Shown: piece by piece, positions 35,096 through 44,849 of the stretch | How the letters are laid out: every line of letters begins with the position of its first letter | How positions within the stretch are numbered: the first letter of the stretch is position 1 | Virus record (IMG/VR): IMGVR_UViG_3300028364_000018 | Coordinates: 32,001-96,000 of that record | Reading direction: 5' to 3' (one strand) | Source of the DNA: a virus | DNA length: 64,000 nucleotides | Program-made: the position numbers and the translations under genes | The notes under the pieces: model-generated | The model's database searches: none | What the model was told of the DNA's origin: nothing | The model's input: the letters and a program-made list of their open reading frames with translations, nothing else

Positions 35096-35892
35096 GGCCT
35101 CGGGTACTGGTGGCAGACACCTGGAGTAAGGATGTGGATAACCGCCTTAAACGGGCTTTCCCCAATGCCCGCTTCATCCCCTTGGGAACACCCTCTGGAA
35201 ACCATCCGCACGGTCATATGGTGACGGAGGCTCTCCTTACCCGATTCGGGCAGGGTGAGATCGATATCTACCTCTATGCACACCTAGAAGAGCAACAGCA
35301 ACATACTCAAGGCTGGCTTGAACAAGCACGGAAGCATCAAATCCCATGGATCAACAATAGCTGGGGGGCGACCGCCCGTGGATCCTATGTTGTACCGCAA
35401 CACCGGGATATGGAGGGGCTCCTCGCATTGTTTGCGGCTGGCAACAGCGATAGGTCGCGCAGAGGTAAGCCCGACACTACTTGGGATGTGAATGAGCCGC
35501 AGAGGAGTCTGGCTCACCTGCAGGGCACCGTAATAATTGGTAGTTGTGATGCACGGGGTCTCCCCAGCACCTGGTCTTCTGATGGACTGGTGGATGTGGC
35601 CTACCGTGGTGAACGTCATTGGTTATTCAACCCACTCACAGGGTTCTACGAGTGGGTGGATGGTACGTCCTTCGCCTGCCCGTTGGCATCGGCAGACGCC
35701 GTAAGAATGAACCTGCGTACCGAAGAGCAACTTAAAGAGTGGTGGAGTCAACCCGGGGTTGCAACCCGCGCACCTGGTTGGCCACAGAACATCCTACACC
35801 CGAAAACAGGAAGAGGCTTTATATCTGATGCCCTACCCAAGGCCCCGCACGTGGCCTCACTTTCTTATAGTGAGTATACTCGGGTCTCCTGA
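35092..35892 (+). CDS. subtilisin-like (S8) serine protease, paralog of 27759
   Basis: VADT, HPHG, AAGNS and GTSFACP; ATG at 35092 overlaps the upstream stop. Confidence 0.8.
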   Translation: MRPRVLVADTWSKDVDNRLKRAFPNARFIPLGTPSGNHPHGHMVTEALLTRFGQGEIDIYLYAHLEEQQQHTQGWLEQARKHQIPWINNSWGATARGSYVVPQHRDMEGLLALFAAGNSDRSRRGKPDTTWDVNEPQRSLAHLQGTVIIGSCDARGLPSTWSSDGLVDVAYRGERHWLFNPLTGFYEWVDGTSFACPLASADAVRMNLRTEEQLKEWWSQPGVATRAPGWPQNILHPKTGRGFISDALPKAPHVASLSYSEYTRVS

Positions 35893-36350
35893 TGTACTAC
35901 AATAGCCTGTCTAACACGTACTTCGGTAACGATGGTAAGCTAGAGTGGCACGGTTGGCGGGATGTCCCATGGGTTTCCGTGGGAGATGGACCTCTGTCCT
36001 CCAGACCCTTCACATTGGTACGCCCTGCCCACTTTTATAGTCGCACGGTCGACCGTTGGATAGATCTACCAGACGGCTTCTCCACCGACTTCTTTAGTAT
36101 ACCAAGGCCCTGGCGCTGGTACTTCCAAACGATGGGTCCCGGGAGGACAGCCGCGCTTCTACACGACTTCCTAGTGGAAGACCGCCCTGATTGGTGTGAT
36201 ACCCACCTAGCCTCCGCCATTTTCATGGAGGCCTTGACCCTAGCCAAGATTGGTGGTTGGCGCGTCCAAGCTTTTGGTTGGGCTACTGAGCATTATGGCC
36301 CCCAATTTTCTAAGAAATATCCGTATAATACACAACCCAAGGGACGGTGA
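35892..36350 (+). CDS. DUF1353-family protein
   Basis: PDGFSTDFFSIPR...AALLHDFL. Confidence 0.8.
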   Translation: MYYNSLSNTYFGNDGKLEWHGWRDVPWVSVGDGPLSSRPFTLVRPAHFYSRTVDRWIDLPDGFSTDFFSIPRPWRWYFQTMGPGRTAALLHDFLVEDRPDWCDTHLASAIFMEALTLAKIGGWRVQAFGWATEHYGPQFSKKYPYNTQPKGR

Positions 36351-37522
36351 TGAAAACAGAAAAGATAGTTAGGCACCAAGGTGGGGTACTCACCGAACGA
36401 CAACAGGAGGTGCTAGACACCTACCTGACCTGCATGTGTAAACAGGAGACAGCCAATAAACTAGGTCTTAGTAGGAGCTCCGTACGCTCTCACCTACAAG
36501 TGATAGAGCGCAAGGGGCAAGCCCCATGGTTATCAGGAGCTCCCCAACCTGAGCACCTTAAGATGGTGAAGACCACAGTCCAGTACGACGCAGGCGGTAA
36601 TGTGGTTCAGGAATGGCGACGGAATATCCCGGACGTGCAATTTATGGAGGATGTGATAGAGGCCTGCGCTGCCCGACTTAAAGGTCTGGGTAAGGCCAAG
36701 GCCCGACGCGGGCGTAACCGTAAAGATAAAGGACGGCTGGTCGAGATCGATATCTACGATCCACACATTGGGATGTACGCAGATGCGAGGGAGACCAACG
36801 ACGAGGACTATGATACGGATAAGGCCAGTATCCGGATGGTACAGGCCGTAGAGAACCTACTAGAACGAACACCCCAAGCGGAAGAGCGAGTTCTGGTGTT
36901 CGGAGGAGATATCCAACACAGTGACAACCGTTCTAACACCACGGAGATGAGTAAAAACGTGCTGGATGTGGATACGCGGTATTTCCGGGTGGTGAATCAC
37001 GTGGCGAGGACCTGTGTGGATTGTGTGCATATGGCGGCCGCCAGTTGTAAGAAGCTTACAGTGGTGGTCATCCCCGGTAACCACGATTACCACGCTGGTA
37101 TATGGCTCCAGACCCTGCTACGAACCATATACGAGGGACAATCGAATGTAACGATCCTCGATCAGTACAGTTCCCGCAAGGTCATGGTCTGGGGAGAGAA
37201 CATGCTTTGTTGGGCACACGGTGACGGCGTGCGCGGTAATAAATGGGCACCTGTGATTGCCGCGGAGTTTGCTAAGGAGTGGGGAAACACCACCTTCCGA
37301 CACCTGAAGCTAGGTCACATCCATCATGCCAAGACCGTCGCACCGGTAGTGGTGGACGAACAAGCGGGGTTACTGGTTGAACACCTAGAGGCCCTTTGCC
37401 CTTCCGACGCCTGGCACAGCCACTCAGGCTTTGTCGGCACCCAGCGTGGGGCCTCCGCCTTTGAGTACGACAAGAAGTACGGACTCTACACCAGGCATTA
37501 TCACAGCGCCACCCGCGTTTAA
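36347..37522 (+). CDS. HTH + metallophosphoesterase-fold protein
   Basis: LTERQQ...ETANKLGLSRSSV HTH; DPHIG, GGDIQH, PGNHD, HGDG and GHIHH. Confidence 0.75.
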   Translation: MMKTEKIVRHQGGVLTERQQEVLDTYLTCMCKQETANKLGLSRSSVRSHLQVIERKGQAPWLSGAPQPEHLKMVKTTVQYDAGGNVVQEWRRNIPDVQFMEDVIEACAARLKGLGKAKARRGRNRKDKGRLVEIDIYDPHIGMYADARETNDEDYDTDKASIRMVQAVENLLERTPQAEERVLVFGGDIQHSDNRSNTTEMSKNVLDVDTRYFRVVNHVARTCVDCVHMAAASCKKLTVVVIPGNHDYHAGIWLQTLLRTIYEGQSNVTILDQYSSRKVMVWGENMLCWAHGDGVRGNKWAPVIAAEFAKEWGNTTFRHLKLGHIHHAKTVAPVVVDEQAGLLVEHLEALCPSDAWHSHSGFVGTQRGASAFEYDKKYGLYTRHYHSATRV

Positions 37523-37588
37523 CACATATTTGTCTCGACAGAGTGGGGGATGATCCCCTATTCTGTCTAGAACACCAAAGGATATTTT

Positions 37589-37897
37589 ATGAGCCAAAAC
37601 GGAAACATCGCATTACTATTCAAAGATAACACCAGCACCTCTGAGCTGGAGAGCCCCGCTCTTAACCGGGTGAGCTACGGATCCAACACCTTCTATGTGA
37701 AGAATCCGAATGGAGTGTCAATCACCTTGGAAGTCAGCCCCGACGGTAACTTCTGGGTACCCCTGCAAGATGCATCCACTGAGGAGGCGTTTATCGTCCA
37801 CTCCCTGTTGAACAGCAAGTTCATACGGGCCACACGCTCGGCTGATGCCGGGACAGTCACTGTCTGGGTCATTAGCGGCGGACTCGCACACCTGTAA
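37589..37897 (+). CDS. hypothetical protein
   Basis: 102 aa, beta-rich. Confidence 0.6.
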   Translation: MSQNGNIALLFKDNTSTSELESPALNRVSYGSNTFYVKNPNGVSITLEVSPDGNFWVPLQDASTEEAFIVHSLLNSKFIRATRSADAGTVTVWVISGGLAHL

Positions 37898-37900
37898 GCT

Positions 37901-40144
37901 GTGAAAGCCGTACAACTACTCATTGAATCCCGGCTTCCTCCAGAACTGCGCGATTATAACCGGGAGTACACAGCTAAGTCCATAGGGAATCTCCTATCGG
38001 ACTTGGCAGTTTCGTACCCAGATAAGTACGACGAGGTGAGCAGGCTTATCGGTGACACTGGGCGTAACAGTAGTTACTGGCAGGGTGACACCATCAAACT
38101 GTCTGACCTGAAGCCCGTATTCGACAAAGAACCGTTGTTGGAGCAGATGAAGGCGGAGATCGCGGGCTTACCACGGGATGACCCGAAGTTCGAGGACCAG
38201 CGCCAGGCTGTATGGATCCGGTACAACGAGGAGATGCAGAGGCTCACCAACGAGGCAGGAGCCACGTCCGATAACAGCATCGCACGAGCTGTATTGAGCG
38301 GTGCGCGTGGTAAACCCGACCAGATGAAGATGATGCTGACCGCCCCCGGACTCTACTCCAACAGTAAGGGTGTAGTTCCGTTATTCATCAGTCATAGCTT
38401 TGGAGAGGGCCTGCGCCCCGCTGAATACCTGGCTAGTACCTACGGAGCACGTGATAGTATTGTGAAGATCAAGACCGCTACGGCGAAAGGTGGCGATTTT
38501 GGGAAGCAAATTGCGCAAACTGCTGCTACTACGATAGTTACGACGAAAGACTGCGGTACAGACAACGGGTTGGACTTGGATTTGGCAGACCCCTCGCTGA
38601 GAGGCCGGGTGCTGGCTAAGGCCGTGGGTGGGCTGGGAGTCGGAACTGTTTTAGATCGAAGTGCCTTACAACAGTTGGAGAAGGAGAAGGTCACGACCGT
38701 TATAGCGAGGTCGGCCATGACCTGTAATGCCGGTACTGGTGTGTGCCAGCAGTGCATCGGTAAGTTTCACGATCAACGCTTTCCTAAGATAGGGGAGGCA
38801 GTGGGGGTAACAGCGGCTAACGCATTAAGCGAGCCCGTCACTCAAGGCAGCCTTGGATGTCTAACGGACGATACACTGGTTCGTATGACAGACTTCACTA
38901 CCAAAAGAATCGACCAGATCAAGGTCGGGGACATGGTGTTAGGCTCGGATGTAAAGGCCAGGACCTTCCCGGTCAAGGTCCTACATGTGTGGGATAAAGG
39001 ACTCCAACCGGTCAAGCGTCGGGTTTTCACCCAGCCGGAGCTATCAGTGGACTGTACTGACGACCATATCATGCTCTTGTCGGATGCACAGGGTGTTCTC
39101 AGCAAACAACCAGCTGGAACCCCGGGAGAGGTGTTGGCCCCCATAGTCGGGCTTCCACACCCTCTACCCAGAACAGCTGTGGAAGACCTAGGCCTTCTTC
39201 ACTGCATGGACATCAGCGTCGATCACCCGGATGAGCTGTTTGTCCTAGCCAACGGTTTGATAGTTAAGAACAGCAAACATTCGGGAGGCCAGACAACAGG
39301 TAAAAAAGAGTATTCGGGCTTCAACGTCATCAACCAACTTGTGCAATCCCCAGAGGAGTTCCCAGACAGAGCCCTAGTCTCGGAAGAGAGCGGTACAGTC
39401 AGCTCCGTAGAAGAAGCACCCCAAGGTGGGTTCATCGTGACTGTTGGAGAATCCCAGCATTACGTACCCCAGGGGTATCCGGTGATGGTTAAGTCCGGCG
39501 ACCGGGTTGAGGCGGGTGATCAGCTCAGCGAGGGCCTGATAGACGCGGGTGACATCGTACGCCTTCGTGGTCTAGGTAGCGGACGGCGTTACTTTGCGGA
39601 TCGCCTACACCGTGTACTGGAAGACAGTGGATTCGGAGGGGATAAACGTAATGTGGAGATCGTAAGTCGGTCTGTCATTGATCATGCTCGTGTCGAGGAT
39701 GACCAGAACCTACCCGGGACACTCCCTGACGATCAGATCAGCTACAACCGCCTTAGCCAGACCTACACCCCACCAGCGTCCTCCAAACGTCTTCCAACAG
39801 CAGATACAGTCGGCCAATACCTACAGAGCCCGGCTCTGCACTACTCGATTGGAACCCGGCTAAGCCCCTCCCAAGTAAAACGCCTCCAAACATCGGGCTA
39901 TACCCATCTTGAGGTATCTCCGGAAGAGCCGGGGTTCCGTACGGAGATGCAGAGACTTCGGACATCCACACAGACCAACCCCGACTGGTTGGCCCGGCAA
40001 GGCGCTTCGTACCTCAAGAGTAATTTACTGGAAGGGGCGGTCCGAGGACAGGACACCAATATACAATCTAACATTCATTTTGGACCGAGGCTTGCATTTG
40101 GTAAGGATTTCGGTAAGAATACGGCAACTACAGGAGAATTTTAA
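37901..40144 (+). CDS. RNA polymerase beta-prime subunit, C-terminal part (funnel, bridge helix, trigger loop) with mini-intein
   Basis: SGARG, SFGEGL..AEY..STYGAR, DCGT, RSAMTC...CQQCIG and GEAVG..AA..LSEP.TQ...KHSGG. Confidence 0.9.
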   Translation: MKAVQLLIESRLPPELRDYNREYTAKSIGNLLSDLAVSYPDKYDEVSRLIGDTGRNSSYWQGDTIKLSDLKPVFDKEPLLEQMKAEIAGLPRDDPKFEDQRQAVWIRYNEEMQRLTNEAGATSDNSIARAVLSGARGKPDQMKMMLTAPGLYSNSKGVVPLFISHSFGEGLRPAEYLASTYGARDSIVKIKTATAKGGDFGKQIAQTAATTIVTTKDCGTDNGLDLDLADPSLRGRVLAKAVGGLGVGTVLDRSALQQLEKEKVTTVIARSAMTCNAGTGVCQQCIGKFHDQRFPKIGEAVGVTAANALSEPVTQGSLGCLTDDTLVRMTDFTTKRIDQIKVGDMVLGSDVKARTFPVKVLHVWDKGLQPVKRRVFTQPELSVDCTDDHIMLLSDAQGVLSKQPAGTPGEVLAPIVGLPHPLPRTAVEDLGLLHCMDISVDHPDELFVLANGLIVKNSKHSGGQTTGKKEYSGFNVINQLVQSPEEFPDRALVSEESGTVSSVEEAPQGGFIVTVGESQHYVPQGYPVMVKSGDRVEAGDQLSEGLIDAGDIVRLRGLGSGRRYFADRLHRVLEDSGFGGDKRNVEIVSRSVIDHARVEDDQNLPGTLPDDQISYNRLSQTYTPPASSKRLPTADTVGQYLQSPALHYSIGTRLSPSQVKRLQTSGYTHLEVSPEEPGFRTEMQRLRTSTQTNPDWLARQGASYLKSNLLEGAVRGQDTNIQSNIHFGPRLAFGKDFGKNTATTGEF
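38858..39271 (+). mobile_element. mini-intein (138 aa, no homing endonuclease)
   Basis: CLTDDTLV...IDQIKVGD...CTDDH...CMDISV...ANGLIVKN, then Ser+1. Confidence 0.9.
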
Positions 40145-41025
40145 TGAACCACACACAGAAACTACAAGCAGCGCAATTAATGATGGAGAAAGAGGCCGGG
40201 ATGAAGGCCTTGTTGGGTGGAGCTAAGAAAGTCCTCCCTTTTATGGGACAGGCGTTTAAGGGCGTGCCCGAACAGGTAGGAATTGCTCGGGCTGCGGGAG
40301 GTGCTAAAGGTGTATTGGGAGCTGGTTGGAAATCTATCACGGGAGGCGGGGCAGGTATTCGCAACACCATTGGCGGTTGGAATAACCGTAGACGGGCCAT
40401 GGGCTTAACACGCAAGATGAAAGACCTGCGAGGTCAGTATGCGCTTACTGATAACCCCGCACTCCGTACGACCTTGACCGGTAAAATGGATGATCTAGGG
40501 GTCCAAGCTCGCAAATACCTCAAAATGGATGATGCGCCCAGTTTGGGTAATATGGATGACATTAGCCGGCTTGGAGCTGTTGGCAGGCTGCAGAAGAACA
40601 TGGGGGTGAAGACTATGAAGGCCAACCCATTCGGAACCGCAGCCTTAACCGCTGGTGGTATGTACGGCGGTGCCCAAGGCATTGGCTACGGCGCGGGGCT
40701 CGCCACAGGTGATCGCAGTGGCGAACGCCAGTTTCAGGACATGAGCCAGATGGATACCCTCAGTCGCATTCAGTACCTACTCAACCCCGAGCAGTTCATT
40801 CAGAACCAAGGACAACGCTGGGATGAGAGTGGTAAACAACCTTCGGTCCTGAACTGGGCAATGTCTGGTATCGGTGGATTCCGTAGTGGTCAACGCCAGA
40901 TACAGGACGTGATGGATAATCGAGCTTTACAGACCATGGGACAAGCACCCTGGTACCAACGTCTGGGCTACACCGTAGCACCACAAACAGCTATAGACCG
41001 TGTAAGACAGGGTATGGGACGCTAA
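40144..41025 (+). CDS. Gly/Ala/Met-rich putative internal head protein with shared leader
   Basis: MNHTQKLQAAQLMMEKEAG; glycine-zipper-like segments. Confidence 0.6.
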   Translation: MNHTQKLQAAQLMMEKEAGMKALLGGAKKVLPFMGQAFKGVPEQVGIARAAGGAKGVLGAGWKSITGGGAGIRNTIGGWNNRRRAMGLTRKMKDLRGQYALTDNPALRTTLTGKMDDLGVQARKYLKMDDAPSLGNMDDISRLGAVGRLQKNMGVKTMKANPFGTAALTAGGMYGGAQGIGYGAGLATGDRSGERQFQDMSQMDTLSRIQYLLNPEQFIQNQGQRWDESGKQPSVLNWAMSGIGGFRSGQRQIQDVMDNRALQTMGQAPWYQRLGYTVAPQTAIDRVRQGMGR

Positions 41026-41624
41026 TGACCAACCTTGAGAAACTCCAGGCCGCTCAGGCCCTCCGCGTCAAGGAATCCAGCTGGATTCCCCGGACCGTAG
41101 GCTGGTTGGGCGCCAAAGGCTGGGGGGCCGCCAAGTATTTGGCTCCCAAGGCCCTGAAAGGACCGAAGATCAGTCAAGGACCACGGCGAGCCCTGGGTTG
41201 GTTGGGTCAGAGCTATGGCGGGGCAGCCTCCGGAGTTGGGAACTTTGGTTTGCGCAATTCCAAGCATGGTGGCAAGTTCTTTAAGGCACTCCGCGACCTA
41301 GGCTACCAAGGACAGAACTTTGGGACGCTCCAACGCGATATCATAGGCAATCAAGCGTGGTCCAAGGCATTCGCAGGTGGAAACTACAACCCGGCTAACT
41401 GGGGGCGCCACGCTCTCCGTAACTGGTCCGGTTTTGCCCTAGGTAGTGGTATGATCCCTCACACAGCTATCCCCTACTTTGGGTTATCTCCTATGAACCT
41501 TGTGCTGGGCGCCCAAGACGTAGCCAGTAGAGCTAAAGCACAACCCCGGATTCCGAGGGCTCCTCGCCCGCCAGTGCCGTCCCATAACAACTATACCTAC
41601 GCAACTAACTACCCTAGGCGATAA
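41025..41624 (+). CDS. Gly-rich putative internal head protein with shared leader
   Basis: MTNLEKLQAAQALRVKESS. Confidence 0.55.
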   Translation: MTNLEKLQAAQALRVKESSWIPRTVGWLGAKGWGAAKYLAPKALKGPKISQGPRRALGWLGQSYGGAASGVGNFGLRNSKHGGKFFKALRDLGYQGQNFGTLQRDIIGNQAWSKAFAGGNYNPANWGRHALRNWSGFALGSGMIPHTAIPYFGLSPMNLVLGAQDVASRAKAQPRIPRAPRPPVPSHNNYTYATNYPRR

Positions 41625-41625
41625 A

Positions 41626-42324
41626 ATGAATGATGTCATGAAACCAGAACTGCTAGAAACCAACCTTATCAAGATCTGCACATTAGGCAGCCGTGCCGCG
41701 GTACAGAACAGAACTCCGGGATACTACCAACACGTAATCAGCGGTTGCGACTGGGCTGGGTCTGACTACAAGCTACCTAACACCCCGCCAGATAGCTTCA
41801 ACGCCCACGTTATGTTGGGTATCACCCCTGCGGGTGAGTTTGATATCCTACATATGGATCAGACCGCGGGCTCAGAACGCCAATGGGTCGTGAATTGTGT
41901 CCTGGACGACCATAAACGCTTGGGAGGCACCGCCCTTGCCAGCGACTTCGGAGCCGGAGTGGTTTCTAATGAGCTACTAGGGAAAGTTCTGGACCCCGCA
42001 CAACATACGATCTTTAACTACTGTGGAGCAGACAACCCGGAAGTGCAGGACTCTGAGTTCGGACCCCGTCATGTTAGTATCAACCGCAATGCATCCCTTA
42101 CTGGGTTCTTCGATGCCATAAGAGCAGGGCGTATCCGCTGCTATGATTGGGACGAGGCTGAGGCACTGCTGAGTGACTGCCTGTGTATGTCCCACAAAGA
42201 GACTCCGGCCTTCCGTTATGTCAGAACAGGGTCGGAACCAGTTAACACCATCCACGCCCTGAATTTCGCTTTCACTTTGGGCAAGATCATGCTAGGGGAA
42301 TACCCTAATTACAAAAGGTACTAA
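41626..42324 (+). CDS. stand-alone terminase-large-subunit nuclease-like domain
   Basis: GCDWAG, SDFGAG and IHALNFA; no ATPase domain. Confidence 0.55.
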   Translation: MNDVMKPELLETNLIKICTLGSRAAVQNRTPGYYQHVISGCDWAGSDYKLPNTPPDSFNAHVMLGITPAGEFDILHMDQTAGSERQWVVNCVLDDHKRLGGTALASDFGAGVVSNELLGKVLDPAQHTIFNYCGADNPEVQDSEFGPRHVSINRNASLTGFFDAIRAGRIRCYDWDEAEALLSDCLCMSHKETPAFRYVRTGSEPVNTIHALNFAFTLGKIMLGEYPNYKRY

Positions 42325-42325
42325 T

Positions 42326-42694
42326 ATGAATAACTCAGAAAAACTACAAGCCTCACTATTGGTGAAAGAGGCGATAAACTGGGGAGCTGTACGAAACTAC
42401 GGCGAACGTATGGGGCGCGGAGTGCGTAGATCTGGAGACTGGCGCGAGTTTGGGAAGGGCCTGGTTTCGGCGCCTGCAAACTTAGCAAGCGCCCTCAATA
42501 TAGGTAAAGGTATAGACCCTGTCGGAGCTGCGGGGGGTCTAGGCTCTTACATATCGGGAGCAGGTCTAACAGGTTTGGCGACGGCACCCTTTATACTGCT
42601 AAATAATAAAATACTTGATAAGAAGCTAGCAGAATCAGAAACTAAACCCGGTGCACGAAGCTTCGCTGACATAGTGTGGAGAAATAAAATTTAA
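42326..42694 (+). CDS. Gly-rich putative internal head protein with shared leader
   Basis: MNNSEKLQASLLVKEAI. Confidence 0.55.
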   Translation: MNNSEKLQASLLVKEAINWGAVRNYGERMGRGVRRSGDWREFGKGLVSAPANLASALNIGKGIDPVGAAGGLGSYISGAGLTGLATAPFILLNNKILDKKLAESETKPGARSFADIVWRNKI

Positions 42695-42711
42695 TAACGG
42701 AGAAAGCAAAT

Positions 42712-44835
42712 ATGAAAGACTTATTCAACAAACTATGGAAGAAACAGGCTTCGGCCCAATTCAGCGACAACGACATCGAACGAGCATTTATGGACCAAGC
42801 CTACGGCTTCATCCAGAATAAGGCGGGTAAGCTCCTGAGCGACCCCCATCGCCTGGGCTTCGAAATCGTCTACAAGAATGACAACAGCACCCGCATGGTC
42901 GGTATCTTCGCCTTCCGGGCAGAGAAGCGTTTGTTGTACGCCCCTAGCTTCTTCATCAACGGTGAAATCAAAGGTACGGACCTCCTGTACCAGCATGACC
43001 GCAAACTCTTTACACCCCTGACGGAGGAATGGGCCAACTACCTCCTGAAGGCACAGAACATGAATCAAGGAAGTGGTTACCAAGGCGACGCCCCCCGGAC
43101 GCGCTCTGCCGACCTCTATAAGCTGGTCAGTCCCAGCCAAAGTAATAACTTTAGTAAGTACGCCTCCTACGAGTCAGCACCTGCCACCATCGAGCCCCCT
43201 ATTTCCGAGGTGCTGGACGAGATGTTTAAGCGGGCGGAGCTTCAACCAATTCTCCAACGCTTTATACTGGAGGATGGAGGTAGGCATGCGGTGGAGTCCA
43301 TCGAACGCGCGGTTCACACCAATATGAAGTTCGCACGAGCTTTATCAGAGGTAGATCCCTCTCAATACCTTCCGGAACTCCCGGTTGAGAAGAAGGCGAG
43401 TACCGCACCCGTCCTAACGCTAGTCCGGGGACTGCAACAGGGGGTTAAGTCCGCTTTTGACCAAGCCCGAGTTCTTAAGTACGGCTTTACCCTGCTGGAC
43501 GACCGCCATGACCTGAACACAGTTGAGGTCGATGACCTTCAGCTGGAGAGTGTCGCGGAATCCGGGGTGTATAAGGTGTTGATGGCAGACGGCTCCAGGC
43601 AGGAAATGGTGTGCGTGGTGGACGACAAAGGAGGTTGTGGTTCCGACGAAATGCGGACGACAGCCAACACCAAATGTGTGGACTCCAAAGGTCGGATGTC
43701 TGTAAGACGGGGCGACCCTGTTTACGGCGAGCAACTGATGGACCAAAACCTAGAGAAATACAAGAAGGCACCTACCGCTGGTAAAACCTACCTGTTCTTT
43801 GATGCGCAGAACCCCAGCCGGGGACAACTCTTCAAGGTCAAGAGCATTTCAAAACGCGGAGACATCCAGACTCTGGAACTCGAAACCGAGTACGGGTCTG
43901 AAAGGACCATGACGGTCAACCCCGACCTCAAGGGAGACCTTAAGGACAGTGGTGATGAGCTTCTGGCGGGCGCCGGATATATGTGGATCCCGGTCAAGAC
44001 CAAGTCCACCGACTACGGCTTTGATGTGGAGGATGGAGAGGCGTTGGGTACTGACCAGTCGCTAAATCGTATGGTGGAGAAATCCGGGTCGATCCGGCTC
44101 AAGCTCTCAAACCATCCAGACAACGGCTGGAGCTTGAAGATGCTTGACAAAGTCGTGGGCAAGGACCTGGATGTAACGAGCATGGCGGTTAAGCTGGCTC
44201 GGGATCTACACATAGGCGCAGATCATGTATTTGGCTTGCTGGAGACGGCTCAGCCTTCGGTGGACTTCTGGATGAACGTCGACGGGCTGCGTAAAAGCGG
44301 GTCGATGCAGGTCATGGAAGAACCAGACTTTGAAGACGACTACGACAGCCAGTTCGGTGTGCCGGTTAACTACGGGCATGCACAATCTCTGGAGGTCAGC
44401 ACCCCATTCGAGGAGCTTCCACAACAGCGCGTTGGCGATACGGAGGATCCAAACGATGGAGGAGGTGCGCCGCACGAGATGCTGATGAACGCATCTCCAG
44501 AGGAATTAGCGCAGTACGCCGAGATGAATCAGCTCCCCAACCTCTTCGAGCATGGGATAGTCGGTTCGATGGTCAAGTCCTTCGACTCCCCAGCCATGCT
44601 CGACCGGTATATGCCTGATCTGGAGAAGGCGCTGGATAGTATGGGACGCTCTCTCTTCCTCCTGTTCTGGAAGCCCGGCGAGTTCGACGACGCTTGGGGT
44701 CCTGAAGAGCGTCAGAGCACCGAAGACGAGATGCTGGCCAACTTCAAGAGCTTCGGGGACATGGTTCTCCATCTCCTACATAAATCTAAATCTAATCGAG
44801 GTGTGGTTGGTATCTCCAGTAACGCCACCGCATAA
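42712..44835 (+). CDS. large putative head-associated protein
   Basis: 707 aa; KKQAS near the N-terminus and several K-x-A motifs; in the head gene block. Confidence 0.55.
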   Translation: MKDLFNKLWKKQASAQFSDNDIERAFMDQAYGFIQNKAGKLLSDPHRLGFEIVYKNDNSTRMVGIFAFRAEKRLLYAPSFFINGEIKGTDLLYQHDRKLFTPLTEEWANYLLKAQNMNQGSGYQGDAPRTRSADLYKLVSPSQSNNFSKYASYESAPATIEPPISEVLDEMFKRAELQPILQRFILEDGGRHAVESIERAVHTNMKFARALSEVDPSQYLPELPVEKKASTAPVLTLVRGLQQGVKSAFDQARVLKYGFTLLDDRHDLNTVEVDDLQLESVAESGVYKVLMADGSRQEMVCVVDDKGGCGSDEMRTTANTKCVDSKGRMSVRRGDPVYGEQLMDQNLEKYKKAPTAGKTYLFFDAQNPSRGQLFKVKSISKRGDIQTLELETEYGSERTMTVNPDLKGDLKDSGDELLAGAGYMWIPVKTKSTDYGFDVEDGEALGTDQSLNRMVEKSGSIRLKLSNHPDNGWSLKMLDKVVGKDLDVTSMAVKLARDLHIGADHVFGLLETAQPSVDFWMNVDGLRKSGSMQVMEEPDFEDDYDSQFGVPVNYGHAQSLEVSTPFEELPQQRVGDTEDPNDGGGAPHEMLMNASPEELAQYAEMNQLPNLFEHGIVGSMVKSFDSPAMLDRYMPDLEKALDSMGRSLFLLFWKPGEFDDAWGPEERQSTEDEMLANFKSFGDMVLHLLHKSKSNRGVVGISSNATA

Positions 44836-44849
44836 ACAAAGGAAATACA

